From Levilinea saccharolytica (GTDB lineage: Bacteria; Chloroflexota; Anaerolineae; Anaerolineales; Anaerolineaceae): 64,000 nt of DNA. Under the pieces are notes generated by a model, which was not told the origin of the DNA, did not search any database, and saw only the letters and a program-made list of their open reading frames with translations. This document shows positions 27,632 to 37,375 of this stretch, in pieces. The stretch spans positions 1 through 64,000 of the forward strand of contig NZ_LGCM01000055.1 of NCBI RefSeq assembly GCF_001306035.1. Reading direction: 5' to 3'. Every line of letters starts with the position of its first letter. Position 1 is the first letter of the stretch. Position numbers and translations under genes: made by a program.

Positions 27632-28951
27632 ATGACCCCCATCCGTACTCTTATCATGGGCGCTGCAGGGCGCGACTTCCACAACTTCAACGTGTTCTTC
27701 CGGGATAACCCCGATTACACCGTGGTCGCCTTCACAGCCACCCAGATCCCCAACATTGACGGCCGCAAATACCCCGCGGCCCTGGCCGGTTCGCTGTACC
27801 CCGAAGGCATCCCGATTTTCCCCGAAAGCGATCTGCTCAAGCTGATCAAAGACCTGAAGGTGGATCAGGTGGTCTTCGCTTACAGCGATGTGCCGCACGA
27901 ATACGTGATGCACAAGGCCTCCCTGGTGACGGCCGCGGGCGTTGATTTCCGCCTGATGGGCACCACCACCACCCAGGTGAAATCCACCAAGCCGGTGGTT
28001 TCGGTGTGCGCCATCCGCACGGGCTCGGGCAAGAGCCAGACCACCCGCCGCGTGTCCTTGATCCTGCGCGAAATGGGCTACAAAGTGGCCGCCATCCGCC
28101 ACCCCATGCCCTACGGCGACCTGGTGAAGCAGAAGGTGCAGCGTTACGCCACCTATGCCGATTTGGACAAGCACGAATGCACCATCGAAGAGCGCGAGGA
28201 ATACGAACCTCATCTGGATAACGGCGTGATCGTGTACGCCGGTGTGGATTACGAAGCCATTTTGCGCCAGGCCGAGCAGGAAGTGGACATCGTTTTGTGG
28301 GACGGCGGCAACAACGACTTCTCGTTCTACAAGCCTGACCTGAGCATTGTGGTGCTCGACCCGCACCGCCCCGGGCATGAAGTGGCCTATCACCCCGGCG
28401 AAACCAACATGTACCTGGCGGACGTGTTCGTGATCAACAAAGTGGACACCGCCAACCCCGATTCCGTCATCGCCGTGCGCAACAACGCCGCGCGCCTGAA
28501 CCCCGATGCGGTGGTGATCGAAGGCGCTTCCCCGCTGTTCGTGGACGACCCCGAAGCCATCCGCGGCAAGCGCGTGTTGGTGATTGAAGACGGCCCGACC
28601 CTGACCCACGGCGAAATGGCCTACGGGGCTGGCTGGGTGGCGGCTCGCCGCTTTGGCGCCGCCGAAATCGTGGATCCGCGCCCCTACGCGGTCGGCTCGA
28701 TCATCAGCACCTACCAGAAGTACCCCAAGACCGGTCAGATCCTGCCCGCAATGGGCTACGGCGAAGCGCAGGTGCGCGATTTGGAAGCCACCATCAACCG
28801 CGCCGAAGTGGATATGGTCATCTCGGCCACCCCGATTGACCTGACCCGCATCATCAAGGTCAACAAGCCCATGCAGCGCGTGCGCTACGAACTGCAGGAG
28901 ATCGGCGTTCCTACCCTGGAAACCATCCTCAAGGCGAAGTTCCGCAAGTAG
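27632..28951 (+). CDS. P-loop NTPase-domain protein, possibly cyclic 2,3-diphosphoglycerate synthetase (cPGS) family; family assignment uncertain
   Basis: ~440 aa. N-terminal TLIMGAAGRDFHNFN. P-loop-like VCAIRTGSGKSQTT. Length and layout recall cPGS-type proteins. aaaggag RBS 12 nt before ATG. Confidence 0.5.
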   Translation: MTPIRTLIMGAAGRDFHNFNVFFRDNPDYTVVAFTATQIPNIDGRKYPAALAGSLYPEGIPIFPESDLLKLIKDLKVDQVVFAYSDVPHEYVMHKASLVTAAGVDFRLMGTTTTQVKSTKPVVSVCAIRTGSGKSQTTRRVSLILREMGYKVAAIRHPMPYGDLVKQKVQRYATYADLDKHECTIEEREEYEPHLDNGVIVYAGVDYEAILRQAEQEVDIVLWDGGNNDFSFYKPDLSIVVLDPHRPGHEVAYHPGETNMYLADVFVINKVDTANPDSVIAVRNNAARLNPDAVVIEGASPLFVDDPEAIRGKRVLVIEDGPTLTHGEMAYGAGWVAARRFGAAEIVDPRPYAVGSIISTYQKYPKTGQILPAMGYGEAQVRDLEATINRAEVDMVISATPIDLTRIIKVNKPMQRVRYELQEIGVPTLETILKAKFRK

Positions 28952-28965
28952 TCTTTGAATTTGGC

Positions 28966-29005
28966 CAGCAGGGCGGGGCCAGCCCCCGCCCTGCTGTGTG
29001 TTTAA
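28966..29005 (+). terminator. Rho-independent terminator
   Basis: cagcagggcggggccagcccccgccctgctg hairpin followed by tgtgtttaaa. Confidence 0.55.
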
Positions 29006-29052
29006 AGCGCAGCAGGTTCTGAGAAACGTTGGAAATACGGTACAATTGACGC

Positions 29053-30312
29053 ATGTTTATTGACGAGATCTCTATTTACGTACAATCGGGCAAGGGCGGG
29101 GACGGCATGGTGCATTTCCTGCGGCAGAAGTTCATCGCGCGCGGCGGGCCGGACGGGGGCGACGGCGGCCGGGGCGGGGATGTGATTCTGCAGGTGAACC
29201 CCAAACTGAACACGCTGGCGCATTTCCAGCAGAACGCGCGCTTCATCGCCAAGGACGGCCGCAACGGCGGGCCCACCAACATGACCGGCCGCTCAGCGGA
29301 GCACCTGATCATTCCGGTTCCGCCGGGGACGATGGTGTATGACGCGGCCACGGATGAACTGCTGGGCGATTTGGTGGAGCCAGGCCAGCAGCTGACCATC
29401 TGCAAGGGCGGGCGCGGCGGGCGCGGCAATCAGCATTTTGCCAGCTCGCGCAACCAGGCCCCGCGCACGGCTGAACGCGGCGAGCCGGGCCAGGAACGCA
29501 GTCTGCGGATGGAGCTAAAGCTGATCGCGGATGTGGGCATTGTGGGGGTTCCCAACGCGGGCAAATCCAGTTTGCTGGCGGCGGTGACCAACGCCAAACC
29601 CAAGATCGCCAACTACCCCTTCACCACCCTGGAGCCAAATTTGGGCGTGGCCCTGCTGGACCACCTGAACAGCCTGGTGCTGGCGGATATCCCCGGCCTG
29701 GTGGAAGGCGCGCACATGGGCGTGGGTCTGGGGGATGCCTTCCTGCGCCACATTCAGCGCACGCGGGTGCTGATTCACCTGCTGGACGGGATGAGCGAAG
29801 ACCCGCTGGCGGATTTCAGCCAGATCAACAGCGAACTGGCCTTGTTTGACGCTGGATTGGCGAAGAAACCGCAGATTGTGGTGCTGAATAAGATGGATCA
29901 GCCAGAGGTGCAGGAGCGCTGGCCCAAGATTCAGAAAGAATTGAAGAAGCACGGCTACGAGCCGTTTGCCATCTCGGCCCTGGCGCGCACGGATGTGAAC
30001 CCGGTGCTGTGGAAGGCGGTGGAGCTGCTGCAAACCGCCCCAGAGCCGACCGTGGTGGGTGAGCTGCCCGTGTACCGGCCGGAGGAAGATCCGCGCACCT
30101 TCACCGTGGAAAAGACAGACAGCGGTTATGTGGTGCGGGGGCGGGCCATTGAGCGGGCGGCGGCCATGACCTATTGGGAACATGACGGTTCGGTGCGGCG
30201 CTTCCAACGCCTGATGGAAACCCTGGGCGTGGAAGAGGCCCTGCGCAAGGCGGGCGTGGAGGAAGGCGACACCGTCACCATCGCCGGTTTCGAATTGGAT
30301 TGGCAGGATTAA
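29053..30312 (+). CDS. obg: GTPase Obg
   Basis: Obg fold N-terminus MFIDEISIYVQSGKGGDGMVHFLRQKFIARGGPDGGDGGRGGDVIL. G domains GVPNAGKSSLL, DIPGLVEGA, NKMD. Confidence 0.95.
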   Translation: MFIDEISIYVQSGKGGDGMVHFLRQKFIARGGPDGGDGGRGGDVILQVNPKLNTLAHFQQNARFIAKDGRNGGPTNMTGRSAEHLIIPVPPGTMVYDAATDELLGDLVEPGQQLTICKGGRGGRGNQHFASSRNQAPRTAERGEPGQERSLRMELKLIADVGIVGVPNAGKSSLLAAVTNAKPKIANYPFTTLEPNLGVALLDHLNSLVLADIPGLVEGAHMGVGLGDAFLRHIQRTRVLIHLLDGMSEDPLADFSQINSELALFDAGLAKKPQIVVLNKMDQPEVQERWPKIQKELKKHGYEPFAISALARTDVNPVLWKAVELLQTAPEPTVVGELPVYRPEEDPRTFTVEKTDSGYVVRGRAIERAAAMTYWEHDGSVRRFQRLMETLGVEEALRKAGVEEGDTVTIAGFELDWQD

Positions 30313-30313
30313 T

Positions 30314-30931
30314 TTGGGCGCGCCGCGCATTGGCATTTTTGGCGGCACGTTTGACCCGCCGCATTTGGGCCATTTGATCCTGGCGGCAGAAGCCCAAGAC
30401 CAGTTGGGGCTGGAGCGCCTGCTGTGGGTGCTGACGCCCGACCCGCCGCATAAGCAGGGGCAGGTGATCCGCCCCGCGGAGGTGCGGCTGCAAATGGTGC
30501 AGGCGGCGCTGGCGGATAACCCCGCCTTTGAGCTGTCGCGGGTGGAGCTGGACCGCCCTGGGCCGCATTACGCCCTGGATACGGTGCGGCTGCTGCAAGA
30601 CCAGTTCCCGGATGCGGATTTGTTTTACCTCATCGGCGGGGATTCGCTGCACGATCTGCCCACCTGGCACCAACCCGCGGAATTGATCCGCGCCTGCGCC
30701 GGGCTGGGTGTCATGCGCCGCCCGGGGGATGGGGTGGATTTGGCCCATTTGGAAAGCCTTTTCCCCGGCCTGAGCGCCAAGGTGCATTTTGTGGAAGCGC
30801 CGCTGCTGGAGATCGCCTCTTCGCAGATCCGCAGCCGCATCGCGGCGGGCAAGCCCTACCGCTATTACCTGCCCGCGGGCGTGCGCGCGCTGATTGAAGA
30901 AAACGGCTGGTATCGCGAGGAAAGCACCTGA
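30314..30931 (+). CDS. nadD: Nicotinate-nucleotide adenylyltransferase
   Basis: IGIFGGTFDPPHLGHL (HxGH nucleotidyltransferase motif). Conserved obg-nadD linkage. TTG start 1 nt after obg stop. Confidence 0.9.
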   Translation: MGAPRIGIFGGTFDPPHLGHLILAAEAQDQLGLERLLWVLTPDPPHKQGQVIRPAEVRLQMVQAALADNPAFELSRVELDRPGPHYALDTVRLLQDQFPDADLFYLIGGDSLHDLPTWHQPAELIRACAGLGVMRRPGDGVDLAHLESLFPGLSAKVHFVEAPLLEIASSQIRSRIAAGKPYRYYLPAGVRALIEENGWYREEST

Positions 30932-30954
30932 GCGCTGAACTTAACGGATATAGA

Positions 30955-30995
30955 GACGACCGCCCACGGTAAACCCGCGGGCGGTCGTCTTTTTG
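30955..30995. terminator. Bidirectional rho-independent terminator between nadD (+) and 31010..31873 (-)
   Basis: gacgaccgcccacggtaaacccgcgggcggtcgtc followed by ttttt. Confidence 0.6.
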
Positions 30996-31009
30996 TGGTT
31001 GGAGAGGGA

Positions 31010-31873
31010 TCAGGGCGCGTCTGCGCGGATCAGCTCCAGGCTGCCGACGCCCAATTCCACGCGGATGGTGAGCAGGGGGCCGGGGCCTTCGGCGCGGTAG
31101 GTGCTGCCGGAGATGTTCCAGGTGCCGCTGGGCGAGACGTTGTTCAGCCCGCCGCTGACGATGACCTCGGCGTTGGTTTCCGCGGGAATGCGCAGGGTGG
31201 TGCTGCTGACCCCGCCGGTGATGCGCACGTTAGCGGGCTGGAGCAGAGTGCCGCCGAAATCGAGCTGATAGGAGCCCGCGCCGCCTTCAAAGGTCATTTC
31301 TTGAAAATTGGCGTTGGCCAGGCCGCTGAGGCTGATGCTGGAGGCGCCGGTTTTGAAGGACAGCAGGCGCATGACCTGCGGGTTGGGCTGGGTGAAGGAC
31401 ACGTTCAGGCTGCTGGCCCCGCTGGACATTTCCAGGCGGGTGATGGGCAGGCCGGACAGATCCAGGGAGCCGTCGTAGGCCCCGGCATTGACCTCCAGCT
31501 CAAAGGGGGCGGCGCCGCCGAGGCGCAGATCCCATTCGTTGACGATGTCGTTGTTGGGGAATTGGGCGGTCAGGCTGGTGGGCTGCAAGAGGCTCAGGCG
31601 GCCGTCCTGGCGGGTGACTTTGGGCTGCCAGGAGTCGACGTTGCAGCGGATTTCGCCGTCCACGAAGGTTTTGGCCCCTGGGGCCAGAGTCAGCCGGCCG
31701 GCGCCCATTTCGATGAGCAGGCGGGCGGGGGCTGCGCCTTCGGGCAGCGGCTCGGCCAGGGTGAGGGTTTGGGTGGCGCCGGTGTTGACCGTGCGCACGG
31801 TGGGGACGGTGATGGTGCAGGCCAGGCTGGGCAGGATCAGTAGGAGCAGCATGGCGGTGATTTTTTTGAGCAT
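31010..31873 (-). CDS. Secreted beta-rich protein of unknown function (possibly DUF4097-like adhesin fold)
   Basis: Signal peptide MLKKITAMLLLLILPSLA. Gly/Ser/Thr-rich alternating beta pattern with no catalytic motifs. Confidence 0.55.
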   Translation of the reverse strand: MLKKITAMLLLLILPSLACTITVPTVRTVNTGATQTLTLAEPLPEGAAPARLLIEMGAGRLTLAPGAKTFVDGEIRCNVDSWQPKVTRQDGRLSLLQPTSLTAQFPNNDIVNEWDLRLGGAAPFELEVNAGAYDGSLDLSGLPITRLEMSSGASSLNVSFTQPNPQVMRLLSFKTGASSISLSGLANANFQEMTFEGGAGSYQLDFGGTLLQPANVRITGGVSSTTLRIPAETNAEVIVSGGLNNVSPSGTWNISGSTYRAEGPGPLLTIRVELGVGSLELIRADAP

Positions 31874-31919
31874 AGGGTACCTCCGGTCTGAGATGGATCA
31901 GACATGAGCTGGGTTAAGA

Positions 31920-32465
31920 GTGCGGTGTCATTACGGGTGAAGTGAAGCAATCTGCTGCCTCCTCGTATGTCATTGCGAGCCGCGCAGCGGCGAAGCAATC
32001 TGCTCGCTGAGGTAGAGATTGCTTCGCCCCAAAAAACCGGGGCTCGCAATGACATGGCGGGTGATGAGCGTAGCGAAGCAATCTACACGCCGTGAAAGCA
32101 GAGCTGTGGGGGATGAACCGCGAAGGCGCGAAGGGCGCGAAGCAATCTGCTGTCTCCTCGTATGTCATTGCGAGCCGCGCAGCGGTGTACCCTCGCACTT
32201 CGAGGGCCAAGCAATCTGCTCGCTGAGGTAGAGATTGCTTCGCCCCAAAAAACCGGGGCTCGCAATGACATGGCGGGTGATTGTATGCTGGGGTAGAGAT
32301 TGCTTCGCCCCAAAAAACCGGGGCTCGCAATGACATGGTGGGTGATTGTATGCCGGGGTAGAGATTGCTTCGCCCCCCAAAAAGCGGGGGGCTCGCAATG
32401 ACATGGTTTAGGTCTCAATGACATGGTTTCGGTCGCAACGACATGGTTCAGGTGCAATGACATGA
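31920..32465. repeat. Array of MITE/REP-like structured repeats (nested inverted repeats + poly-A-loop hairpin), about 2 full and 3 partial units, plus 4 short caatgacatggtt repeats
   Basis: Unit is ...gtcattgcgagcc gcgcagcg gcgaagcaatc tgctcgctgaggtaga gattgcttcgc ccc aaaaaacc ggggctcgcaatgacatgg. The outer 13-bp IR is gtcattgcgagcc/ggctcgcaatgac. The inner 11-bp IR is gcgaagcaatc/gattgcttcgc. There is also a gcccc-A6cc-ggggc hairpin. Copies at 31946-32058, 32139-32272, 32283-32345 and 32346-32405. Confidence 0.8.
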
Positions 32466-32477
32466 TTGATTATGGGG

Positions 32478-33518
32478 TTAGATTTGCGCATCCTCGCCCG
32501 AACCCGCCGGGGGTTCCGGGGCCGGGATCGGCGCGGGTGCGACTACCGCCGTAGGCGGGGTGGGGACAGACACAGCCTGCGTGCCGAAGCGGGTGGTGAT
32601 GACCGCGCCCAGGCCGACGACAGCGCCCAGGAAGCCCACGATCCAGCCCACGCAGGGGATCAGGCCGAAGAGGCCCGCCACCAGCGAGGTGAGCAAAGTG
32701 CCCAGGCCGGCGTTGACCGCGGGGGCCCACTGCACCTTGAGGGCGGCGGCCAGGCGGTTGCCGACCTCGTAGCCCAGGGCCACCCAACCGAAGACCAGGG
32801 CGGTGATGAGGGCCAGAATGCCCAGAATGGCCAGCGGCGAGAGCACCAGGGTGATGGCCAAGAGCAGCACCAGGGCGGGGGCCACGATGAGGGTCAGCAG
32901 GCCCATCGCGCCGCTCACCAGGGTTTGAGCCGAGATGGCGTGGGTCACGCGGGCGGTGACGTTGGGCATGAAGAGGACGACCAGGGCCGCCAGGGCAGCC
33001 AGAGCCAGCACCTGGAAGGAACTCCACAGGAAATCACCGATGGAGCGCATGCCGCTCTTCCAGGCCGAGAGCACCGGGTTTTGCAGGGTATTGCGCGGCA
33101 GGTCAAACGAATAGCTGCCGGGGGCGCCGTTGACCACGTCGCCGTTGACGACCGCGCCTTCGGCGCGGGCGATATTGGCCCCCACCGAGATGAGGTTGCC
33201 GTTCACCACGGCGGTATCGCTGAGGTTGATGGTGCCGCCCACGCCGACCACGTCGCCGTTGACCTCACCCGCGACCTCAATGGAGCCGCCGGTGACGACC
33301 ACGGAGCCGTTGACGGTTGCGCCTTCGCGGATGACGGCGGTGCCGCCGATGATGGCCAGATCGCCGTTCAGCGACTGACCGTCGTTGAGGGTGTAGCTGC
33401 CGCCGAAGATGACCTGACCGTCGTCGTCAGGACCCTGGGCGTACACGGGGGCCGGGAAGGCCAGGAAGAGCGCCGCCAGCAGCAAAGATACAAGAGTGAG
33501 CTTATAGAGAGATTTCAT
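32478..33518 (-). CDS. Envelope protein with N-terminal signal peptide, bactofilin/DUF342-like beta-helix repeats and C-terminal multi-TM domain
   Basis: Signal peptide. GDLAIIGGTAVIREGATVNGSVVVTGGSIEVAGEVNGDVVGVGGTINL repeat pattern. C-terminal hydrophobic helices. Last gene of the ECF sigma operon. Confidence 0.55.
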   Translation of the reverse strand: MKSLYKLTLVSLLLAALFLAFPAPVYAQGPDDDGQVIFGGSYTLNDGQSLNGDLAIIGGTAVIREGATVNGSVVVTGGSIEVAGEVNGDVVGVGGTINLSDTAVVNGNLISVGANIARAEGAVVNGDVVNGAPGSYSFDLPRNTLQNPVLSAWKSGMRSIGDFLWSSFQVLALAALAALVVLFMPNVTARVTHAISAQTLVSGAMGLLTLIVAPALVLLLAITLVLSPLAILGILALITALVFGWVALGYEVGNRLAAALKVQWAPAVNAGLGTLLTSLVAGLFGLIPCVGWIVGFLGAVVGLGAVITTRFGTQAVSVPTPPTAVVAPAPIPAPEPPAGSGEDAQI

Positions 33519-34051
33519 TGGTTTGTAACTCCTTTAGCAGAAATGCGCCAGAGGGAGACTGCCCAGATCAGCCCAAGCAGGCTGAGACCGGTGGAGAGGA
33601 TCACCCAAATGGCAACCGGGATGTAGAGGGGCAGGGCATGCCATAAAGACATAATCACCTGCTGCGCATTGTTCCACTGGATCACCAGGCGCGTGGCCAA
33701 CCCCAAAGCGTTGACGAGCAGGGTGGCAAAACTGGTGGTGAAGGCCAGATAGGCCATCAGTGCGAACAAAGCCAGCATGGAGGCGGTGGTGGTGATCAAC
33801 ACAAACCGGCGGGCTTGCAATTGGTGTTGGAGGGCGCGGCGTTCGGCCAACCTGGCCTGGAACCGCCCGGTGAAACCCGGGGCGGGGCGAGCGGGAGGGG
33901 CCGCACGCATCGAGCGGCGGGCAGCGATCCAGCCGGTGGCCAGCTTGCGGCAGGCGGCACACGAATCGAGGTGTTCTTTCATTTGGCGCTGTTCAGCCAA
34001 AGACAGCGCGGCCTCATCCAGGATCCAGGATTCATAAGGCTGATGATTCAT
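33515..34051 (-). CDS. Anti-sigma factor (zf-HC2 type) with single TM
   Basis: N-terminal HLDSCAACRK zinc-finger motif typical of ECF anti-sigma factors. TM LVITTTASMLALFALMAYLAF. Overlaps the sigma gene stop. Confidence 0.65.
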   Translation of the reverse strand: MNHQPYESWILDEAALSLAEQRQMKEHLDSCAACRKLATGWIAARRSMRAAPPARPAPGFTGRFQARLAERRALQHQLQARRFVLITTTASMLALFALMAYLAFTTSFATLLVNALGLATRLVIQWNNAQQVIMSLWHALPLYIPVAIWVILSTGLSLLGLIWAVSLWRISAKGVTNQ

Positions 34052-34628
34052 AAGGGTTCCTTTCCGCATACGCCGGTTCCTTGATGTGCTGCTGCATCTG
34101 TTCCGCCAGAGCGCGGCGCGCCCGGTGGAGACGACTTTTGACAGCAGGGACAGTCAGCGAAAGCGCATCTGCAATCTCCTGATCGGTAAAGTCATACCAA
34201 TAGCGTAAGACGATGGCGGCGCGGTCGGGAGCGGGCATTTGCGTTAACATCTGATGCAAAATCTGGCTCTGCTCCGACTGCGCGGCGGCCTTTTCGGGGC
34301 CGACGCCGCCGTCGGGAAGAAAATCTTCTTCCAGGCTGTCAATCGAAAAGCTGGTAAATCGGCGTTTGCGCTGCTGGTCAATGCAGTAATGCGCGGCGAT
34401 GGAGAGCAGCCAGGTGATGAAGGAGCGGTTGGGGTCGTAACGCTTGAGGGCCTGATAGGCGCGCCAGAAGGCTTCCTGGGCGGCGTCTTCGGCCTCGGCC
34501 TCATCGCCCAGCATGCGGTAGCAAAGGTTGAAGACGGGGTTCTGGTAGGTTTCTACCAGCCTTGAGTAGGCCTCGTCATCTCCTTTGAGCGCTTGCTCCA
34601 GCCATGCGGCTTCTGTGTCGGTCACCAT
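34032..34628 (-). CDS. ECF-family RNA polymerase sigma-70 factor
   Basis: Region 2 [42 protein letters not shown]. Region 4 [22 protein letters not shown]. Start trimmed to the internal ATG ([12 protein letters not shown]). Confidence 0.85.
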   Translation of the reverse strand: MVTDTEAAWLEQALKGDDEAYSRLVETYQNPVFNLCYRMLGDEAEAEDAAQEAFWRAYQALKRYDPNRSFITWLLSIAAHYCIDQQRKRRFTSFSIDSLEEDFLPDGGVGPEKAAAQSEQSQILHQMLTQMPAPDRAAIVLRYWYDFTDQEIADALSLTVPAVKSRLHRARRALAEQMQQHIKEPAYAERNPYESSAL

Positions 34629-34709
34629 TTGCTCCTGATTTTTTGCTTTTCTATTACAATATACGCAGGAAATGCAAAAACGTTGCACCCAATTTTCGAG
34701 GGAATCCAG

Positions 34710-35744
34710 ATGAATTTTAACCGACCGCACCGCCGATTCAACCCGTTAAATGGACAATGGGTATTGGTTTCGCCCCACCGCGCCCAGCGCCCCTGGCAGG
34801 GGCAGGTGGAAAAGACCGCCGCAGCCAATTTGCCGGCCTACGACCCCACTTGTTACCTGTGCCCGGGCAACCGGCGCAACCAGGGGGCCGATAACCCCAA
34901 GTATACCGGCCCGTACGTGTTTGACAACGATTTTCCCGCGCTGCTGCCGCCGGAGCCGGGGGAAGAACCCACCGATCACGCTCTCTTTCGCGCCGAGCCG
35001 GAGACGGGGGTGTGCCGGGTGGTGTGCTTTTCGCCGCGCCACGATTTGACCCTGCCGGAGATGGCTTTGGAAGATGTGGAGGCGGTCATCCGCACCTGGA
35101 GCGCGCAGACGGCGGAGCTGGGCGCGCGGCCGGAGATCGGCTATGTGCAGGTGTTTGAAAACAAGGGGGCGGTGATGGGCTGCTCGAACCCGCACCCCCA
35201 CAGCCAGATTTGGGCCACGGGACAGGTTCCCAACGAGCCCGCCGTCGAGGCGGTGCAGCAGGCGGCCTATCACCAGCGCACGGGGGGCTGCCTGCTGTGC
35301 GATGTGACCGCCGAAGAGCGCGCGCGGGGTGAGCGTGTGGTGGCGCAGAACGAGCATTTCACCGCTTTTGTGCCTTTCTGGGCGGTGTGGCCCTTTGAAG
35401 TGCTGGTAACATCCAACGCGCATGTGACCAGCCTGCCGCAGCTCAGCGCGGAACAGGTGCGCGGGCTGGCGGACGTCTTCCGGCAGGTGACCATCCGTTA
35501 CGACAATTTGTTTGAAGTCTCCTTCCCCTATTCGATGGGCTTCCACCAGGAGCCGTTTGACGGGCAGGCCTATCCGGGCTGGCACTTCCACGCCCATTTT
35601 TACCCGCCGCTGCTGCGCTCGGCCACCGTGCGCAAATTTATGGTGGGCTTTGAGATGCTGGGCATGCCCCAGCGCGACCTGACGGCCGAAACGGCCGCCC
35701 AGCGCCTGCGTGAGGTGAGCGGGGTGCATTACAAGCAGCGTTAA
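34710..35744 (+). CDS. galT: Galactose-1-phosphate uridylyltransferase (HIT family)
   Basis: [12 protein letters not shown] zinc motif. HPHSQIW (HxHxQ) active site. [23 protein letters not shown]-terminus. Confidence 0.9.
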   Translation: MNFNRPHRRFNPLNGQWVLVSPHRAQRPWQGQVEKTAAANLPAYDPTCYLCPGNRRNQGADNPKYTGPYVFDNDFPALLPPEPGEEPTDHALFRAEPETGVCRVVCFSPRHDLTLPEMALEDVEAVIRTWSAQTAELGARPEIGYVQVFENKGAVMGCSNPHPHSQIWATGQVPNEPAVEAVQQAAYHQRTGGCLLCDVTAEERARGERVVAQNEHFTAFVPFWAVWPFEVLVTSNAHVTSLPQLSAEQVRGLADVFRQVTIRYDNLFEVSFPYSMGFHQEPFDGQAYPGWHFHAHFYPPLLRSATVRKFMVGFEMLGMPQRDLTAETAAQRLREVSGVHYKQR

Positions 35745-35806
35745 TCTAAGGGATGCGGCAGGGGGCAAGGCGGCAAAAACCCCGGCGGAAGAAAGGAAGC
35801 ACGCGG

Positions 35807-37375
35807 ATGGCAGACCACAAAAAAGAACAGGAACGCGCGGAACTTCACCGCACGATTTGGAACATTGCCAACGATCTGCGCGGCAGCGTGGACGGTTGGG
35901 ACTTTAAGCAGTACGTGTTGGGCATGTTGTTTTACCGCTACATCTCCGAGAACATCCGCGGCTATATCAACGCCGGGGAGTGGGAGACGGGCAACACCGG
36001 CTTTGATTACGCCCGCCTGGCAGATGACAAGGCCGAGCCGGCGCGCGGCGACCTGGTGCGCACCAAGGGTTTCTTCATCCTGCCCAGCGAGCTGTTTGAA
36101 AACGTGCGCGCCCGCGCCAAAGAAGACCCCAACCTGAACGAAACCCTGGAAGCCATCTTTACCCACATTGAGGCTTCGGCCCAGGGCACCGAAAGCGAAG
36201 AGAATATCCGCGGGCTGTTTGACGATATTGACGTGAACAGCAACAAGCTGGGCGGCACGGTGGCGCAGCGCAACGAAAAACTGGTGAAGCTGCTCAACGC
36301 CGTGGCCGATTTAAAGCTGGGCGACTACAAAGACCACACCATTGACGCGTTTGGCGACGCCTACGAATACCTGATGGCCATGTACGCTTCCAACGCGGGC
36401 AAGAGCGGCGGCGAATATTACACCCCGCAGGAGGTTTCGGAGCTGCTGACGCGCCTGACCCTGGTGGGCAAAACCCAGGTGAACAAGGTCTACGACCCGG
36501 CCTGCGGTTCGGGTTCGCTGCTGCTGAAATTTGCACGCATTTTGGGCAAAGAGAACGTGCGCCGCGGCTTCTTTGGGCAGGAGATCAACATCACCACTTA
36601 CAACCTGTGCCGCATCAACATGTTCCTGCACGATATTGATTACGATAAATTTGATATCGCCCTGGGCGACACGCTGACCGACCCGCAGCATTGGGACGAA
36701 GAGCCGTTTGAGGCCATCGTCTCGAACCCGCCCTATTCGATCAAGTGGAAGGGCGACAGCGACCCGATTTTGATCAACGACCCGCGCTTTGCCCCGGCGG
36801 GGGTGCTGGCGCCCAAAAGCAAGGCGGATCTGGCTTTCATTCTGCACAGCCTGGCCTGGCTGGCGGTGAACGGCACGGCGGCGATTGTGTGCTTTCCGGG
36901 GGTCATGTACCGCGGGGGGGCGGAACAGAAGATCCGTCAGTACCTGATTGACAATAACTATGTGGACGGCGTGATTCAACTGCCGGACAACCTGTTTTTT
37001 GGAACCAGCATCGCCACCTGCATTCTGGTGCTGAAGAAATCCAAACCCGAAAACAGCACCTTGTTCATAGACGCTTCGAAAGAATGCGTGAAGGTGACCA
37101 ACAACAACAAGCTGACGGCCGATCACATCGCCCAGATCGTAGACGCCTACGTGCAGCGCCAGGATCGGGCGCACTTCTGCCGGCTGGTGCCCAACCGCGA
37201 GGTGGCCGCGCAGAATTACAACCTGAGCGTTTCGACTTATGTGGAGGCGGAGGACACGCGCCAGGCGGTGGACATCGCCGCGCTGAACGCCGATTTGCGG
37301 CGCATGGCGGCCCGCGCCCAGGAACTGCGGGAGGAGATCGACAGAATCATCGCCGAGCTGGAGGGAGAGGCGTGA
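35807..37375 (+). CDS. hsdM: Type I restriction-modification system, DNA methyltransferase subunit M
   Basis: HsdM_N region ([30 protein letters not shown]). AdoMet motif [10 protein letters not shown]. Catalytic [11 protein letters not shown]. Confidence 0.9.
   Translation: MADHKKEQERAELHRTIWNIANDLRGSVDGWDFKQYVLGMLFYRYISENIRGYINAGEWETGNTGFDYARLADDKAEPARGDLVRTKGFFILPSELFENVRARAKEDPNLNETLEAIFTHIEASAQGTESEENIRGLFDDIDVNSNKLGGTVAQRNEKLVKLLNAVADLKLGDYKDHTIDAFGDAYEYLMAMYASNAGKSGGEYYTPQEVSELLTRLTLVGKTQVNKVYDPACGSGSLLLKFARILGKENVRRGFFGQEINITTYNLCRINMFLHDIDYDKFDIALGDTLTDPQHWDEEPFEAIVSNPPYSIKWKGDSDPILINDPRFAPAGVLAPKSKADLAFILHSLAWLAVNGTAAIVCFPGVMYRGGAEQKIRQYLIDNNYVDGVIQLPDNLFFGTSIATCILVLKKSKPENSTLFIDASKECVKVTNNNKLTADHIAQIVDAYVQRQDRAHFCRLVPNREVAAQNYNLSVSTYVEAEDTRQAVDIAALNADLRRMAARAQELREEIDRIIAELEGEA

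Noticed and set aside
31837-32463. Small overlapping ORFs (e.g. 31914..32336, 32083..32463, 32165..32404) with repeated peptides such as CHCEPRFFGAKQSL and DCFAAARLAMT
   Set aside because: These are translations of the MITE/REP-like repeat array in several frames. The identical peptides come from identical DNA copies, not from a gene family.
32283-32465. Possible CRISPR array
   Set aside because: The repeat units are separated by identical 15-16-nt segments (tgggtgattgtatgc), not by unique spacers. Units are palindromic hairpins of unequal length, and there is no cas gene nearby.
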